64,000 nucleotides of DNA, taken from NCBI GenBank assembly GCA_051294375.1, contig JBJCIZ010000239.1, positions 1,169,678 to 1,233,677 on the forward strand, written 5' to 3'. A model generated the notes under the pieces. It did no database searches and was not told the origin of the DNA. It worked only from the letters and a program-made list of their open reading frames with translations. The translations under genes and the position numbers were made by a program. Shown here piece after piece: positions 38,625-53,618 of the stretch (within the stretch, counting starts at the first letter, position 1; each line of letters begins with the position of its first letter). This stretch comes from Paraspadella gotoi (lineage: Eukaryota; Animalia; Chaetognatha).

Positions 38625-40431
38625 CTACAACCACCAGTGCTGCCCTCCCACGTCCAGCTGCTTCTCCTCCCAAGATCGACAAAAGGCGGCGACGAATTTG
38701 ACATCCAGGTCGATTTGATGGTGGTCCAGGTCGAGCACGTCGCCCGAGATGAGATGATTATCATCCTGGTCGGAGTTGAGGCGAGAGTTGAGCTCATCCT
38801 GGTCGGAGTGGTCGCTTGAGTGGAGTTCATCCTGGTCGGAGGTGATGCTTGAATTACTAAGTTCATCATTGTAGGAGTTGATCTCATCCTGGTCAGAGTT
38901 GAGGCCAGAGATGAGCTCATTCTTGTCGAGTTGATTCTCATCTGGAGATTTGAAAAGATGATTTTCATCCAAATTATCCTCTTCTCTTTGTTTAAGTTTA
39001 AGGTCAACATTGAACCGCGAATGATTTGAATTAAATCGATTATTATCGTCTTTAAGTTGATTGTCATTCAAGTTTCTTGATTTTACTCGATTCACAGTCT
39101 GACTGTTGTTATTGTTGTCGTTGTTATCGTCTTCATTTTTCCCGCCATTTTGTGGCGTCTTTCGTCTTGCGTTTTTATTGACAAGGAAGTCGTTGATTGA
39201 TGATGATGGCGACGACGATGACGACGACGATGACGACGATGACGATAACGAAGACGATATCGAAGATGACCAACTCATATTTCCGTCCCCTTTTTTCAAG
39301 TGAGCTCTTGCAACGCTGCTTTCTTTTCCTACCGCTCTTCCTCTTCTCCCCTCTTCCTCCTCCTCCTCCTCCTCTTCTCCCACTCCCTCCCCCACTTCCT
39401 CCACCTTCTCCTTATGCGCCCCCGTCCCCAAGTGCGTCTTCAGATTCGCCGCCGACGCGAAATCCTTCCCACAAACTCGGCACCGAAAATCGCGCCGGTT
39501 CTCGTGGACGGCGCGCTCGTGGCGCCGCAGATCGCCGCCGGCGCCGAAGGCTTCTCCGCAGGCGACGCAGCGAAAGTCGCGGCGTCGTTCGTGAACCGTG
39601 AGGACGTGTTTGGTGAGATGCGAGCGCCAACCGAAGACGAGATGGCAGAGGGCGCAGGGGAAGCGGCGTTGGTGATCGTGAACGGTCTCGCGGTGGGTTC
39701 TGGAAGGGGGGAGGGAGGGGGAGTGGAAGGGAGGGGGTGATTGTGTAATCGGTTCACCGAAATAAAAACAATGTAAGAATTTATCTAGTTTTTTTTTAAT
39801 ATAATTTGGACAGGTCAAGACATCCGTCACTCTTAAAAGGTAAATATGGAATTTTATTTTGATGTATAATTTGTAATGGAAGCATCTTTAATAGTTCTGC
39901 GTAGCACTGTCAAAAATCATTCCATACTATCTTGACATTTATCTTTTCTTCATGACCACAGAGAGATCTTCCTCGTCAAGCCACCCTTCAAACCCACCTG
40001 AGATGCCCCATCCTCCCGAAGGCGTTGCCGCAGACTTCGCATCGAAATTCTCTCTTTTTCTCGTGAACAGTTTTCACGTGACGATTGAGCGTCCCGCGTG
40101 AAGAGAAGGACGAAGAGCAGGAGGAGCAAGTGAACTTGGGAATGGTGGCGGCGGTGTCGGGAATGGTGGTAGAGGTGGTGGACACCGCTGGAGTGGTGAC
40201 GGCCAGATCGGCGGCTGGAGTGGCGAAGTAGCGAAGGTAGGCTGGGATGGCGACCAGCTTGGCCGGGGCGATCGGGATCATCGGAGTGGTAAGAGGTTTT
40301 GATGTGGATTGAGTTAGTAAGAAGGTGGCGCTGAATGTTGGGGTGGCGGCGGCGGCGGCGGCGGCGGCGGCTGCGGTTGGATCGGTGGCAGCGCAGTACG
40401 GGGAGTGTCTCTTTGCGCTGAGAGCGTTCAT
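38625..40431 (-). CDS. C2H2 zinc-finger protein (five fingers, CxxC...HxxxxH type) with low-complexity flanks
   Basis: Exons 40431-39998 and 39699-38625 join in frame (HLR|THRETVH). Fingers CSSC, CEVC, CALC, CVAC, CRVC with HVKTVHE-like ends. C-terminal NSDQDEL repeats. Further 5' exons are possible. Confidence 0.88.
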
Positions 40432-40740
40432 GGTTGAGATTTATTCTGTTTTCGACGAGTGAGACGATAATTAATAGTTTAATTTGTTTAAATTATTTAA
40501 ATAGTTAAATCTAAATTTTAAAAATTTTATTAAATTGATGACTATGTTTGTTGAAGTCAGTTCTTTTCGGAATTTTCTTTAAATAAAATATGTTAAACTT
40601 GGCAAAAACGTTCCGTTCCTAAAGATGATAATAGACAAATGCCAAAGTTTTGTTCTGTTGAGTAAAGATAAATAAGAAAATAAGTGATGAAGCCATTTGA
40701 GGGGTTTGGTTCTTCGTATATTGACTCAAGTAATGAATGT

Positions 40741-40792
<52 letters not shown>

Positions 40793-40903
40793 ATTTCGTC
40801 AGGTTGTTCTTTTTTTTCATTTGATGGATTGACGTCATTAAACAAAAAGATGAGAAAAGATTCCATAACAAATTACGTCGTTTAAAACTAAGAGAGATGT
40901 GAG

Positions 40904-40973
<70 letters not shown>

Positions 40974-41156
40974 AAATTAGGAGATAAAAATAGAGATATT
41001 CTTAAAGACACTAAAGGTAGTGATTAGAATCTTTATATATTTTATACTTATTTAAAAATGTTTTTAAACATAATTATATATTTTTTTCATTGGAGCTTCT
41101 TCGTAACTTTCATAGAAAGAAATAAAAAAAGAGAGAGAGAAGAGAGAAAAGAAAGA

Positions 41157-41208
<52 letters not shown>

Positions 41209-41405
41209 TAAAACTTTATAACCGTAACCGCATTTAACGAAATGCGATTCTCCGCTTTTAAAATCGACCTTCGTTATATCCTCGTTCCTATTTTTTGTTC
41301 TCTCCCGACAGTAAATCTCTTTTAAAACGACGGACGATGGCGCTGTTCGTCGAGAGTCGCGCGGCGAAGCGTCCAACGGCGACGACGACGACGACTACGA
41401 AGACC

Positions 41406-41460
<55 letters not shown>

Positions 41461-42024
41461 CAGCTGACGACATGGAAGTCGTTATTATCGTCTTTAAGGG
41501 TTTTTTATATCTTTAATAAAATTAAATTAAATTAAAATAATCTTTAAAACGCAATGCCGACTGCCTAATATTTGATGTCTGTTTGTACTATTACTTGCGC
41601 AATTGCACAATTGCACCATTGCACATCCCTCAGCACTCCTTCCCACTTCCCAACAACTTCGTCCCTTTTCCCATTCGTCTCCACTCTTCTCTCCACCCTA
41701 CTGTCCAAACCCCCTGCCCTAACCATGCACCCACCTCCACTACCCACCTCCGTTCACCCCCCTCCCACACCCCCGCCACTTCGGACTCTTGGCTCGGCCT
41801 TCCTGATCACGTGACTCGAAAGTTGGCAGCGAAAAGAGAATCGACGCCGCGATTCTCGCCTCCTCGTTGCGTCGGCACCGCGTCGGCACCGCGTCGGCCC
41901 TTCGTCGTGAGTGAGTCGGCACCGCGTCGGCATTGCGTCCGCGTCGCATCGGCACCGCTTCTGCGCCGAGTCGACACAGAATCCGCCTCGCGTTCACGTT
42001 GCTTCCTCACTTCGTCGATGTCGC

Positions 42025-42432
42025 AATTCGGCATTTGCTGGAGCTCTCACTTCGGCATATGCTGGAGCTCGAAATTCAGCATTTGCTGGAGCTCTCACTT
42101 CGGCATTTGCTGGTGCTCTCACTTCGGTATTTGCTGGAGCTCTCACTTCGGCATTTGCTAGAGCTCTCACTTAAGAATTTGCTGGAGCTCTCACTTCAGA
42201 ATTTGCTGGAGCTCTCTTTTAAGCATTTGCTGGAACTCTCACTTCAGCATTTGCTAGAGCTTTCCCTTCATTATTTGCTGGTGCTCTCACTTCCTCATTT
42301 GCTGGTGCTCTCACTTCAGCATTTTCTGTTGCTCTCACTTTAGAATTTTTTGGATTTCTCACTTCAGCATTTGCTAGAGCTTTCCCTTCAGTATTTGCTG
42401 GGGCTCTCATTTCACATTCGCTGGAGCTCTCA
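42025..42432. repeat. 24-bp minisatellite (CACTTCRGCATTTGCTGGAGCTCT), about 16-17 units
   Basis: Directly abutting units that diverge toward the right; no spacers. Confidence 0.92.
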
Positions 42433-42520
42433 TCTAAGTCTACTGCGGCAAACGAATTTGAATCTACTGGAGCAGCTTAGAGAATTTGCGATTACGTTGA
42501 CCTTTCTGAGCAAGTGAGCA

Positions 42521-42574
42521 TTGACGTCAATTTGCCGGAGCAATGACGTCAATTGGCCGATGCACTGACGTCAC
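42521..42574. promoter_or_regulatory. Cluster of three full CRE palindromes (TGACGTCA)
   Basis: TGACGTCA at about 42522, 42544 and 42566, spaced 22 bp apart. Confidence 0.4.
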
Positions 42575-42661
42575 TGCCGGTGCGTTGACAACTTCATCGG
42601 GCGATTCATCTCTTGTTTATTTCCGTCTCCCAGTTATTTTCTGTTTTCCGGGAAAAGTGCC

Positions 42662-42778
<117 letters not shown>

Positions 42779-42967
42779 GCCTTTTTTATTTTCAATATTT
42801 ATTTCCCCACCGATCGCGCGAAGAGGTATTGTTTTAAGGATAACCTTTGCTTATTTTTTTTTCTATCGCCAAAACAAACGAATCGAAATATTTCGTTTTA
42901 TCAATTTTTCTACATTGCCAAACATATTATCAAAATCCATCTTGAGAACGCAGTATACAGTATACAC

Positions 42968-43932
42968 TAAGGCGTAGTGAAAGTTACATAATTTTTATAT
43001 TGGTTGTACCAATTTCATAAAATTCAGCTCCTTGTATTTTGATGCTAGTGCGGAGTACGATAAGTATTCCCCGATCTAATACTTAAGGGAGTGGTCTTTT
43101 CATACAATTGAAACATTCTTTGAAATATTTTTCCACTTCATTGATAAGGAAGCCAGGTACTCTGGGAGTGAATAAACGAGACTGTGAGAGAGTCTTGATT
43201 GAAAGCTTGCAGGGACCTGCTATGTCATTATCTTGTAAGAGTGATGGAGGCCTTAAACCACCAAAGCCTGTCCAAAGTCAGGGGCAAGATAGCTTATTTA
43301 TTAAATGAATGGATAATTTTTATATTGGTTGTACCAATTTCATACAAAAATTCTAAAAGTCAATTATGAACAACATACCATCAGTAAACATTAATTTGTA
43401 AAAAAAAATAATTTTATGTTCTTCAATTTTTGCTGTAGGCTATATTTATATATAGTACTATCCTTATAAAATCGAAAAATTTCAAAATAGGCTTTTTTTA
43501 ATTTTGAGTGCAGATTTGAATTCCTCGTCAAAAGTTGATAGAAGAAAATATAAATCATTTTTGAAAATTCTTTCATTAAGTGGGTTAAAAATTAAAAAAA
43601 CTATATTTAATATATAAAAAATAATTTTTAGCTTAAAATATAGTTTTTATCATTTTTGACCCACTTAATGAGGGAATTTTTCAAAAAGAGTTATATTTCT
43701 TTTTTATCAACTTTTTATGACGAATCCAAATCTGCAAAAAAATCTTTAAAAAAACTGTTTTGAAATTTTAACATTTATTGGATTAGTACTAGTATAAATA
43801 TGGCCTACTGCTTAAATTGTAAAATTTATTATAAATTTTTTTATTACATAAATGTTTATTAGTATAATGTTATTCGTTCCTCACTTTTAGAATTTTAATT
43901 AAAATTAAATATAGAAATTTTACTACGCCTTA
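42968..43932. mobile_element. Non-autonomous hAT-like TIR element carrying an inserted 325-bp-family element
   Basis: TIRs TAAGGCGTAGTGAAA / TTTTACTACGCCTTA; flanks GTATACAC / CTATACAG (imperfect 8-bp TSD); internal inverted repeats. Confidence 0.72.
42989..43342. mobile_element. Clean ~1.1-mer copy of the 325-bp repeat (inverted relative to the array)
   Basis: TAATTTTTATATTGGTTGTACCAATTTCA is present at both ends, 325 bp apart. Confidence 0.92.
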
Positions 43933-44227
43933 CTATACAGTATGCACTTGTTTGAACCAGCTTTATTCTATCATCGCAGATGGAATGAGAACCGAACATG
44001 GAATCGGATCCGCGACTCGGGTAGAATCCGCCGGAATCCGGATTCGACTCTCTCATTGGACGAACCATCAAGTGAATCGACCAATTACAAGATGGGTTTC
44101 ATGCTATGAAGAAAAAAACAAAATCAATTTACAAATAATTGGTACAACCAACGTAAAAATTATCCATTAATTTAATAAATAAGCTATCTTGCCCTGACTT
44201 TGGACAGGCTTTGGTCTTACAAGATAA

Positions 44228-45212
44228 TGGTCAGTTTGTCGTCTGCCGTCGTCACCCGCCTGTCCGTTCAACCGTTTGTCAGTTTTTTGTCAGTTTTCGT
44301 TAGTATTTTTGGTATTTTGAGGTATTACAAGTAAGTCCTGGGCGCATTTTTTGCCATACTCAGCATTTAAAATTACTTCCTTTCTACTTTCCATCCCCCT
44401 GCGACCGGATATTTTAGATTGTTATTTCTAGACATGCTCATAGTATTTGGTATGCTTGACATACTAAAATAGCGGGGGTGTTACGAAATAACTGTCTTTA
44501 ATATACCGAGGAAATCCAGCTTCTCTACCCTTTCCCCGTTGCTCTTTTGCTCTTTATTACTGACATCGAAAATGCTTCCATTCTAGCGATCGACACGACA
44601 TCTTTAGGCTCTTTCTTTGTTTATACTTAAGTACAGAATTCCGAAGGCAGTGTACAGCTGATTCTGATTGGTGCCCGTGATTTCGATAGATTTCGATTAA
44701 GATTCTGATCGAATTCTAGCCACGGTGGCATCTTCAGATCTCAAAGTTGTCACTGGTTTTTAGTTCTTTTCAGAGCTTATTTAGACTCTTATCAGATATC
44801 TCGGAATCTCATTTTTTGTGTTGATCGCTGGTTTGGTGGACTTTTCTATGAAGAGAAGCATCTCTTTTTGTATATTATTGGCTTCAGAAACTACACTTCT
44901 CTCCTACTACAAGCAACAGCTTCTACTACAACTTCTACAGACTCCAGCAAAGACTACTACAAGCAACTACTACTCTTCTTCAGACTCTACAGACATTTCG
45001 TCAAGTCCTGGGCTTAGTTGGACAGTCGTCATTTCGGCCTTAGCCGACGTCGTCTACTGAGACTTTGTCGTCAGCATCTCCAGGGCGTCTGGACCGGCGC
45101 CATCGTCTCTTCTGCGCCATTTTATACCCAATTCCATCTGGTCTTCAATGCGCAGAATTAGTCCCAGTCAGTTAGAATTCAAAGACGCCACTTCTCCGAA
45201 CTTAGTTCAAAA
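44228..45212 (-). mobile_element. ~1-kb insertion splitting a 325-bp-family copy; possible solo LTR
   Basis: Repeat halves at ~44137-44229 and ~45213-45360. Minus strand begins TGT and has TATAAAA (~45125) then AATAAA (~44555). No clear TSD. Confidence 0.4.
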
Positions 45213-45547
45213 CAGCAAGTCCCTGCAGGCTTTCAATCAAAACTCTCTCACAGTCTCGTTATTCACTCCCAGAGCACTTGGTTTCCCTAATCCCTATCAA
45301 TGAAGAGGTATAATAGTTCAAAGAATGTTTCAATTGTATGAGAAGATCATTCTTAACCGATCCCTATTATCAAATTACCCTTTGGGATTCCCTTTCCTCC
45401 CCCTCTCTCTCTCCCTCTCTCTCCCTCTCCCTCTCTGACCCCAAACGGTCTTGTCGCTCCATCGGGACGAGTCTTTCATTGCTGCTGCCCTCTGCGGTCG
45501 CCCGCGCGAAACATGTCCGGGGGAAACAAAGGAGCAATCGACGAAGA

Positions 45548-45619
<72 letters not shown>

Positions 45620-45775
45620 AAGAAATTATTTAAATTCTCCAATTAAATTAGTGCGTTAACGATCCATTTTGCGGCTCCTTTTTCTTTAAATTACTTTTTA
45701 CATCCACATTTTCGTCCTTTCTTTTCTTTTTCCTTTAGCCACTCTCTCTCTCTCTTTTTCTTTCTCCCTATCCCC

Positions 45776-45851
<76 letters not shown>

Positions 45852-45976
45852 CAGACTTTCTCAAGGAATGGCGGCTCGATACAAGAGAGAAAAAAAAAGA
45901 CTTTTCTTCAATCAAGGTCTTCGGCCGAGTCTTTTGCCAAAATGCCTTCGCCCTTTGATCTCTCTCTCTCTCTCCC

Positions 45977-46029
<53 letters not shown>

Positions 46030-46035
46030 CTCTCC

Positions 46036-46106
<71 letters not shown>

Positions 46107-46627
46107 TTTTTTTCTTTTCTTTTTTTATATTGTTTTCTTTTCTTTTTTTTGAACTTCGTATTTTTTTTTTATTGAAAGAAAGATTCGTAACCATGAACTT
46201 TGGACCCGTCTAGCGGCGAGACGAGATGGCAAGTGCGTGTGTTCAGATTCGAATCGGTCACGGTGAACACTCGAAAACGCATGCTGGCCAGTGGCCACGC
46301 TATCTCATAGATAACCATAATTAATTGCATCAATGACTTCGTAGTCTCTGGCAATCTGACAAGAAGGTGCCAACGATTGCAAGGGTAAATGGTCACAATG
46401 TCGAAATTAAATGACCAGAGAAAGTATTCAAATTTTGAGGCGTCTCCGCTGACGTTGGCTCATCTTCATAGCAGCAAGAAGAACATATGACGGGAGCGAT
46501 CAAAACTGATCACGGCTAAAGGCTAACGGACTTGATGGAGTATGTTTTCAAAGTTCGGGTTTAATTTAATATTCAATTCTAAATTCAATTCAATTCAATT
46601 CTATGAGATCGGCAACAGCTGCATTGT

Positions 46628-46663
<36 letters not shown>

Positions 46664-46875
46664 NNNNNNNNNNNNNNNNNNNNNNNNNNNNNNNNNNNNN
46701 NNNNNNNNNNNNNNNNNNNNNNNNNNNNNNNNNNNNNNNNNNNNNNNNNNNNNNNNNNNNNNNNNNNNNNNNNNNNNNNNNNNNNNNNNNNNNNNNNNNN
46801 NNNNNNNNNNNNNNNNNNNNNNNNNNNNNNNNNNNNNNNNNNNNNNNNNNNNNNNNNNNNNNNNNNNNNNNNNNN

Positions 46876-46910
<35 letters not shown>

Positions 46911-47505
46911 TCTCGGATTGCTCTTTTATTTTTCTCCCATCTCGTTGTTCTTTTTCTCCGTCGGTTTCGCTCGCGTCGGCGCTCGGCGGCCATTTTGATT
47001 TTCCGGTTCGTCGGATTTCGTCGGGTTCTTTTTTCGGAGAAATGAGCGCCGGCGTCGTTCAAATGGGCGCCGGCGCCGGTTATGGGTCGCCGGCGCCCGT
47101 TAAGAGGGCGCCGGTGGCGTTGTTTTCGAGCGTCAGGCGGTACCACATTGAAGAAACGTCTGGACGTTTTCGGCGTTTCTTTGTTTTGTTTTGTTTGTTT
47201 TTTTCTTGTTATTATTTATTTGATAATGATAATTAATTGGGTATATATTTTAGTATTAGTTTTAGCAAATAGCAGTTACAAATTTTGAAACAATATTAAA
47301 TCTATTGTATAGTCGCTATGGTTTTAAATTTTTAATACGTACGTATTTAGAATCTTAATTAGCTCTTTCGTAAATTTCGTAAATTTCGTTAATTTCATTA
47401 CTTAAATTACACGACAGTTCTTTAAATAAGTAAATTAAAAAGGCAACGAATGAAAAAAAATTCTTTATTTGAGTTTGCAACGGAATCTTTTCGGTCCTTG
47501 TGGTT

Positions 47506-47595
<90 letters not shown>

Positions 47596-48022
47596 AAAGA
47601 GAGAGAGGGAGAGAGAGAGAGAGATAGTGTGACACCGAGTCAAAAATTTATCTCGCAACCGGCATTTTCAGCCGAGAGTCCTGGGCCCTATAATAAAATA
47701 TTTTAAACAATATCTGTATTTATTAAATTTAACATTGTTGAAAGAATAGCTCTTTTGATTTATTTCAACGCGTTTCCGTTTTTTTTTAGCCAAATTAATA
47801 ATAACGAAAAATAAAAATAAAAAATTTCTCTTTTACACGTTCGTTCGTTCGTTTGTTTTTAAACTGTTTGAAATTGTTTATTTAAAATTCCATTTCGTAT
47901 CTTAATTTTTCGATTGACTTTCGCTCCAAACGATTTCTTCATTAAACGAAAAAAAAAAGACGGAGAAAAAAAATTCCATCCAACTTCTTTTTTATCCTCT
48001 TCCTCCTCCTCCTCCTATTCAA

Positions 48023-48137
<115 letters not shown>

Positions 48138-48670
48138 TTCCTCTTCTTCATTCTTCACAATCCTTCAGACGAAAGTCACAGGTTAAGTTTCTCTTTCACA
48201 GAGTCTCATGAAAAAAAATGTTTCGTCTGATTCCACAGAGCGAAGATTGACAAACTTAAAAAAATATATATATCGAGGTTTCTAGGTTATTTTGGTCACG
48301 AGTTATAAGATTTTAGATGATAATTGTTGTACGACATCGGCAAAAGCTGTTAGAGTTTTAATTTGAGGCTCTCTTGTACAAAAGTTTAAAAGTAAAAAAT
48401 ATTTCACCCTAATCTGTTACCAAACAAAAACCTGATTCTTAACTCAAACCCGATGTTAAACATTTTCTAATCAAATCAACCCTAATCGTTAACATAATTC
48501 CAAACCTTTAACCTAATTCGAAAGCCCAAAAATTATTTCATACGTTTTCTAATTTAACATGAAATGAGACGGTTTTGGAAAAGAACGCCCACTTTTACAG
48601 ATTTTATTTTTCGATGTGCCTTCCTTCAAGTCATTTCGTTTATATCTTAAGAATATAAGTGGAATCAATT

Positions 48671-48810
<140 letters not shown>

Positions 48811-48866
48811 TTCATCGTCTACATCCTTCGACCTTACCTTTTCTTAAACTCACCATTTCTAATTCA

Positions 48867-49121
48867 TTCTTCTTCTTCTTCTTCTTCTTCTTCTTCTTCT
48901 TCTTCTTCTTCTTCTTCTTCTTCTTCTTCTTCTTCTTCTTCTTCTTCCTCTTCCCAAATCGAGCGAGCAGCGCTTCAATCTCATTTGCATATTTTCGTTA
49001 AGATTTCCTTTTAATTTCTTTTAGGATTCTTAATCGTTCCCCAGAAACGCATCGCCGTCGCCCCATTAGAAAATGGAGGAGGCCGCCCTACTTGTTTCGA
49101 TGTCGTCGTTGTCGTCTTTCT

Positions 49122-49153
<32 letters not shown>

Positions 49154-49793
49154 CTTTTTTCGTCGTCGTCGTCGTCGTTTTTCGTCGTCGTCGTCGTCGT
49201 CGTCGTCTTTATTGTCTTCATTGTAGGGTATAAACACAGGATTTCTTGTTGTCCGTTTGTAATAAAGTATTTACGTATTTAGATATAATTCAAAAACAAA
49301 CTCTTACTCAAAGAGGCCCTACTTTAAATATCCAATTTATTTTTAAAAAATACCAAAAAAATACGCATAACATTTTAATCATTTGTTTTCGAACGATGTT
49401 CGTCAACGGATTTAACTATACAATTCGCTTCTACTTCAATAAAAACTGTTTAAATTTTTAATTTTTTTTTGTTAAAAATATTTCAACTTATCATCATCGG
49501 GAGCTCGGTTTATTAACATCGTCGTCGTCGTCGTCGTCGTCGTCATGGTCGTCGTCGTCCGCCCTCTCCGACGGCGCCTAACGGCCCACGCGCGCGTTTT
49601 CACCTCCCGATGGTGAAAAAAAAAGGAGAAAAAATAAAAGAACATCGATTAAAAAAAGGGAGAAAAGAAAAAAAAGGATTCGAAAAACATCGGAGGCCGA
49701 TTTTGGATGAGGAGGGGAGAAGTTGGAGAGGGAAGGGAAAAGAGAAGTTGGAAAGAGAGGGGAGATAATGGTTTTGTTAACGAGAGGAATTAG

Positions 49794-49881
<88 letters not shown>

Positions 49882-50948
49882 ACAGAGCGTATTTTCAGGG
49901 TACAGGGTTCGAATTAAAACTTAACCCCCCTATAGGAAAAATTATTATTTCCTTCGATAATTTTTTCTTAATGATACAACTGAAAAAATTTAGTTTTATT
50001 GATCATTTTACTTCATGTTTAACTCATGTCAGCTCCTCATTTATGAAGTATACCTTCCATAGGACTCATCCAAAGATGATATGAAAAAGTCTTTAAAAAC
50101 ATAAAATAACAATAAAGTCAAATAAAGTAATAATAAACGTTAACAGTGAAAGGATAGGAAACATTAAACAATATAGATTAAATACTAAATCCTTCATGAA
50201 GTATAAAAATAGAAAACATGTAATTTGCAAATTTTCATAACTCGAAAGAAAAGTTGACAGAGAAAATAGGTTGGATCCTATCTGACGGTGACGTCACGCA
50301 ACAGGATCTAAAAATCGAAAATCAAATAAAGTCTAAAGAGGAAGATGGAAAGAAAAAGGTAAGGAAGAGCGAGAGAGGTAAGGCAGAGTCGGGAGGTGAG
50401 GATAAGTCACGGGGTAAGGATGACAGAAAACGTTTTATTTTTTTTTTTGAGAAGGTTCGATGTCATCCGGATTCGTTAGAGATGACGACGACGTTCCAGA
50501 ATTAATTGTGAACAATGGAATCCGAGGTCTTTATTCTAGAATCAAAAGACAAAGTGATTCATTTCTAAAAATGGCAGTTTTTCATTCTGGGTATTTTTTT
50601 ATCTTCCAAGAATCAAAGTATAAATCAAAATTTTTATAATTGATTAATCAATCGATTGATTAATTAAAATTCACAGCAAGTTAGCATCTCTTGTTCAGCA
50701 AGTAAGTTACTTGGTTTATTCAAAAAGGAAATTAATTAAGCTAAGTATACTATTATTTAAGAACCCTTACCTTTTTACTGAGATAGCATGAGATTTCAAC
50801 GAAGAATCTGACCGTTATTAAGGTTTGTTTTTTTCAATTATTTGTTTAGTTTTATAGCCTCGTGAATATATAATTATATATATATATTATAATTAATTAT
50901 AATTTATTATAATTTTCCCACCCTCCCTTAGAGTTGAACGTTTATTCC

Positions 50949-50983
<35 letters not shown>

Positions 50984-51200
50984 CAAGAGAGAGTTCTTCT
51001 TCTTCTTCTTCTTCTTCTTCTTCTTCTTCCTCTTCCAAATCGAGCGAGCAGCGCTTCAATCTCATTTGCATATTTTCGTTAAGATTTCCTTTTAATTTCT
51101 TTTAGGATTCTTAATCGTTCCCCAGAAACGCATTGCCGTCGCCATTAGAAAATGGAGGAGGCCGCCCTACTTGTTTCGATGTCGTCGTTGTCGTCTTTCT

Positions 51201-51238
<38 letters not shown>

Positions 51239-51948
51239 CTTTTTTCGTCGTCGTCGTCGTCGTTTTTCCGTCGTCGTCGTCGTCGTCGTTTTTCGTCGTC
51301 GTCGTCGTCGTCGTCGTCTTTATTGTCTTCATTGTAGGGTATAAACACAGGATTTCTTGTTGTCCGTTGTAATAAAGTATTTACGTATTTAGATATAATT
51401 CAAAAACAAACTCTTACTCAAAGAGGCCCTACTTTAAATATCCAATTTATTTTTAAAAAATACCCAAAAAAACGCATAACATTTTACTCTTTCATTTTCG
51501 AACAATGTTCGTCAACGGATTAAACATACAATTCCACTTCAATAAAAACTGTTTAAATTTTTAATTTTTTTTTTGTTAAAAATATTTCAACTTATCATCA
51601 ATCGGGAGCTCGGTTTATTAACATCGTCGTCGTCGTCGTCGTCGTCGTCATGGGTCGTCGTCGTCATGGTCGTCGTCGTCGTCGTCATGGTCGTCGTCGT
51701 CATGGTCGTCGTCGTCCGCCCTCTCCGACGGCGCCTAACGGCCCACGCGCGCGTTTTCACCTCCCGATGGTGAAAAAAAAGGAGAAAAAATAAAAGAACA
51801 TCGATTAAAAAAGGAGAAAAGAAAAAAAAGGATTAGAAAAACATCGGAGGCCGATTTTGGGATGAGGAGGGGAGAAGTTGAGAGAGGGAAGGGAGAAGAG
51901 AAAGCTGGAAAGAGGGGGAAGATAATGGTTTTGTTAACGAGAGGGAAT

Positions 51949-52034
<86 letters not shown>

Positions 52035-53136
52035 GAGGAGCTGATATGAGAGGCAGAGCGTATTTTCAGGGTACAGGGTTCGAACTCAAAACTGAACCCC
52101 CCTATAGGAAAAATTATTATTTCCTTCGATAATTTGTTCTTAATGATACAACTGAAAAAATTAGTTTTATCAATTATTCGATTGATCATTTACTTCATGT
52201 TTAACTCATGTCCAGCTCCTCATTTATGAAGTATACCTTCCATAGGACTCATCCAAAGATGATATGAAAAAGTCTTTAAAAACATAAAATAACAATAAAG
52301 TCAAATAAAGTAATAATAAACGTTAATAGTGAGAGGATTGAAAACATTAAACAATATAGATTAAATACTAAATCCTTCATGAAATATAAAAATAGAAAAC
52401 ATGTAATTTGCAAATTTTCATAACTCGAAAGAAAAAGTTGACAGAGAAAAATAGGTTGGATCCTATCTGACGGTGACGTCACGCAACAGGATCTAAAAAT
52501 CGAAAATCAAATAAAGTCTAAAGAGGAAGATGGAAAGAAAAAGGTAAGGAAGAGCGAGAGAGGTAAGGCAGAGTCGGGAGGTGAGGATAAGTCACGGGGT
52601 AAGGATGACAGAAAACGTTTTATTTTTTTTTTTGAGAAGGTTCGATGTCATCCGGATTCGTTAGAGATGACGACGACGTTCCAGAATTAATTGTGAACAA
52701 TGGAATCCGAGGTCTTTATTCTAGAATCAAAAGACAAAGTGATTCATTTCTAAAAATGGCAGTTTTTCATTCTGGGTATTTTTTTATCTTCCCAAGAATC
52801 AAAGTATAAATCAAAATTTTTATAATTGATTAATCAATCGATTGATTAATTAAAATTCACAGCAAGTTAGCATCTCTTGTTCAGCAAGTAAGTTACTTGG
52901 TTTATTCAAAAAGGAAATTTAATTAAGCTAAGTATACTATTATTTAAGAACCCTTACCTTTTTACTGAGATAGCATGAGATTTCAACGAAGAATCTGACC
53001 GTTATTAAGGTTTTGTTTTTTTCAATTATTTGTTTAGTTTTATAGCCTCGTGAATATATAATTATATATATATATTATAATTAATTATAATTTATTATAA
53101 TTTTCCCACCCTCCCTTAGAGTTGAACGTTTATTCC

Positions 53137-53180
<44 letters not shown>
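48867..53180. repeat. Tandem duplication of ~2.1 kb (about 48867-50980 and 50995-53180)
   Basis: Colinear near-identical blocks differing by SNPs and microsatellite lengths, bounded by (TCT)n and (CT)n tracts. Confidence 0.92.
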
Positions 53181-53183
<3 letters not shown>

Positions 53184-53350
53184 TTAGAGTTTCACGTTTA
53201 TTCCACATCATAAAAAACACTTGGCATCGTCTCTCCTTCGCTTTCCGGTTTGGGCGCTGATTGAAAGTTATTGCGTTCAATGCCCATTTTGAACGCGATG
53301 AAGAAAGGATAACTATTTGGGATGGGATATCGTTACAAATTTCTTTTTCT

Positions 53351-53408
<58 letters not shown>

Positions 53409-53579
53409 AAAATTTCTTAAAAGAAAATCCTCACATTCCTTCACGCCATAGCACCTAATCGCGTAAACAAATTCAATTCGTCAATCGATTTCATTTTTTA
53501 AAAAAATCTTGGACTTCGTTTTCTCTTAAGAATTCTTCGTCGAGACGAGGCGCGTCAGAATTGGCATCTTCCCATTTCT

Positions 53580-53618
<39 letters not shown>

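Noticed and set aside
42025-42432. 24-bp repeat as CRISPR or leucine-rich-repeat ORF (LLELSLRH)
   Set aside because: No spacers; the ORFs are by-products of a unit length divisible by three, with no splice or domain support.
46165-46545. LINE 3' fragment (minus strand ends in AATAAA plus an A-run)
   Set aside because: No recognisable RT or endonuclease motif and no second copy in the window.
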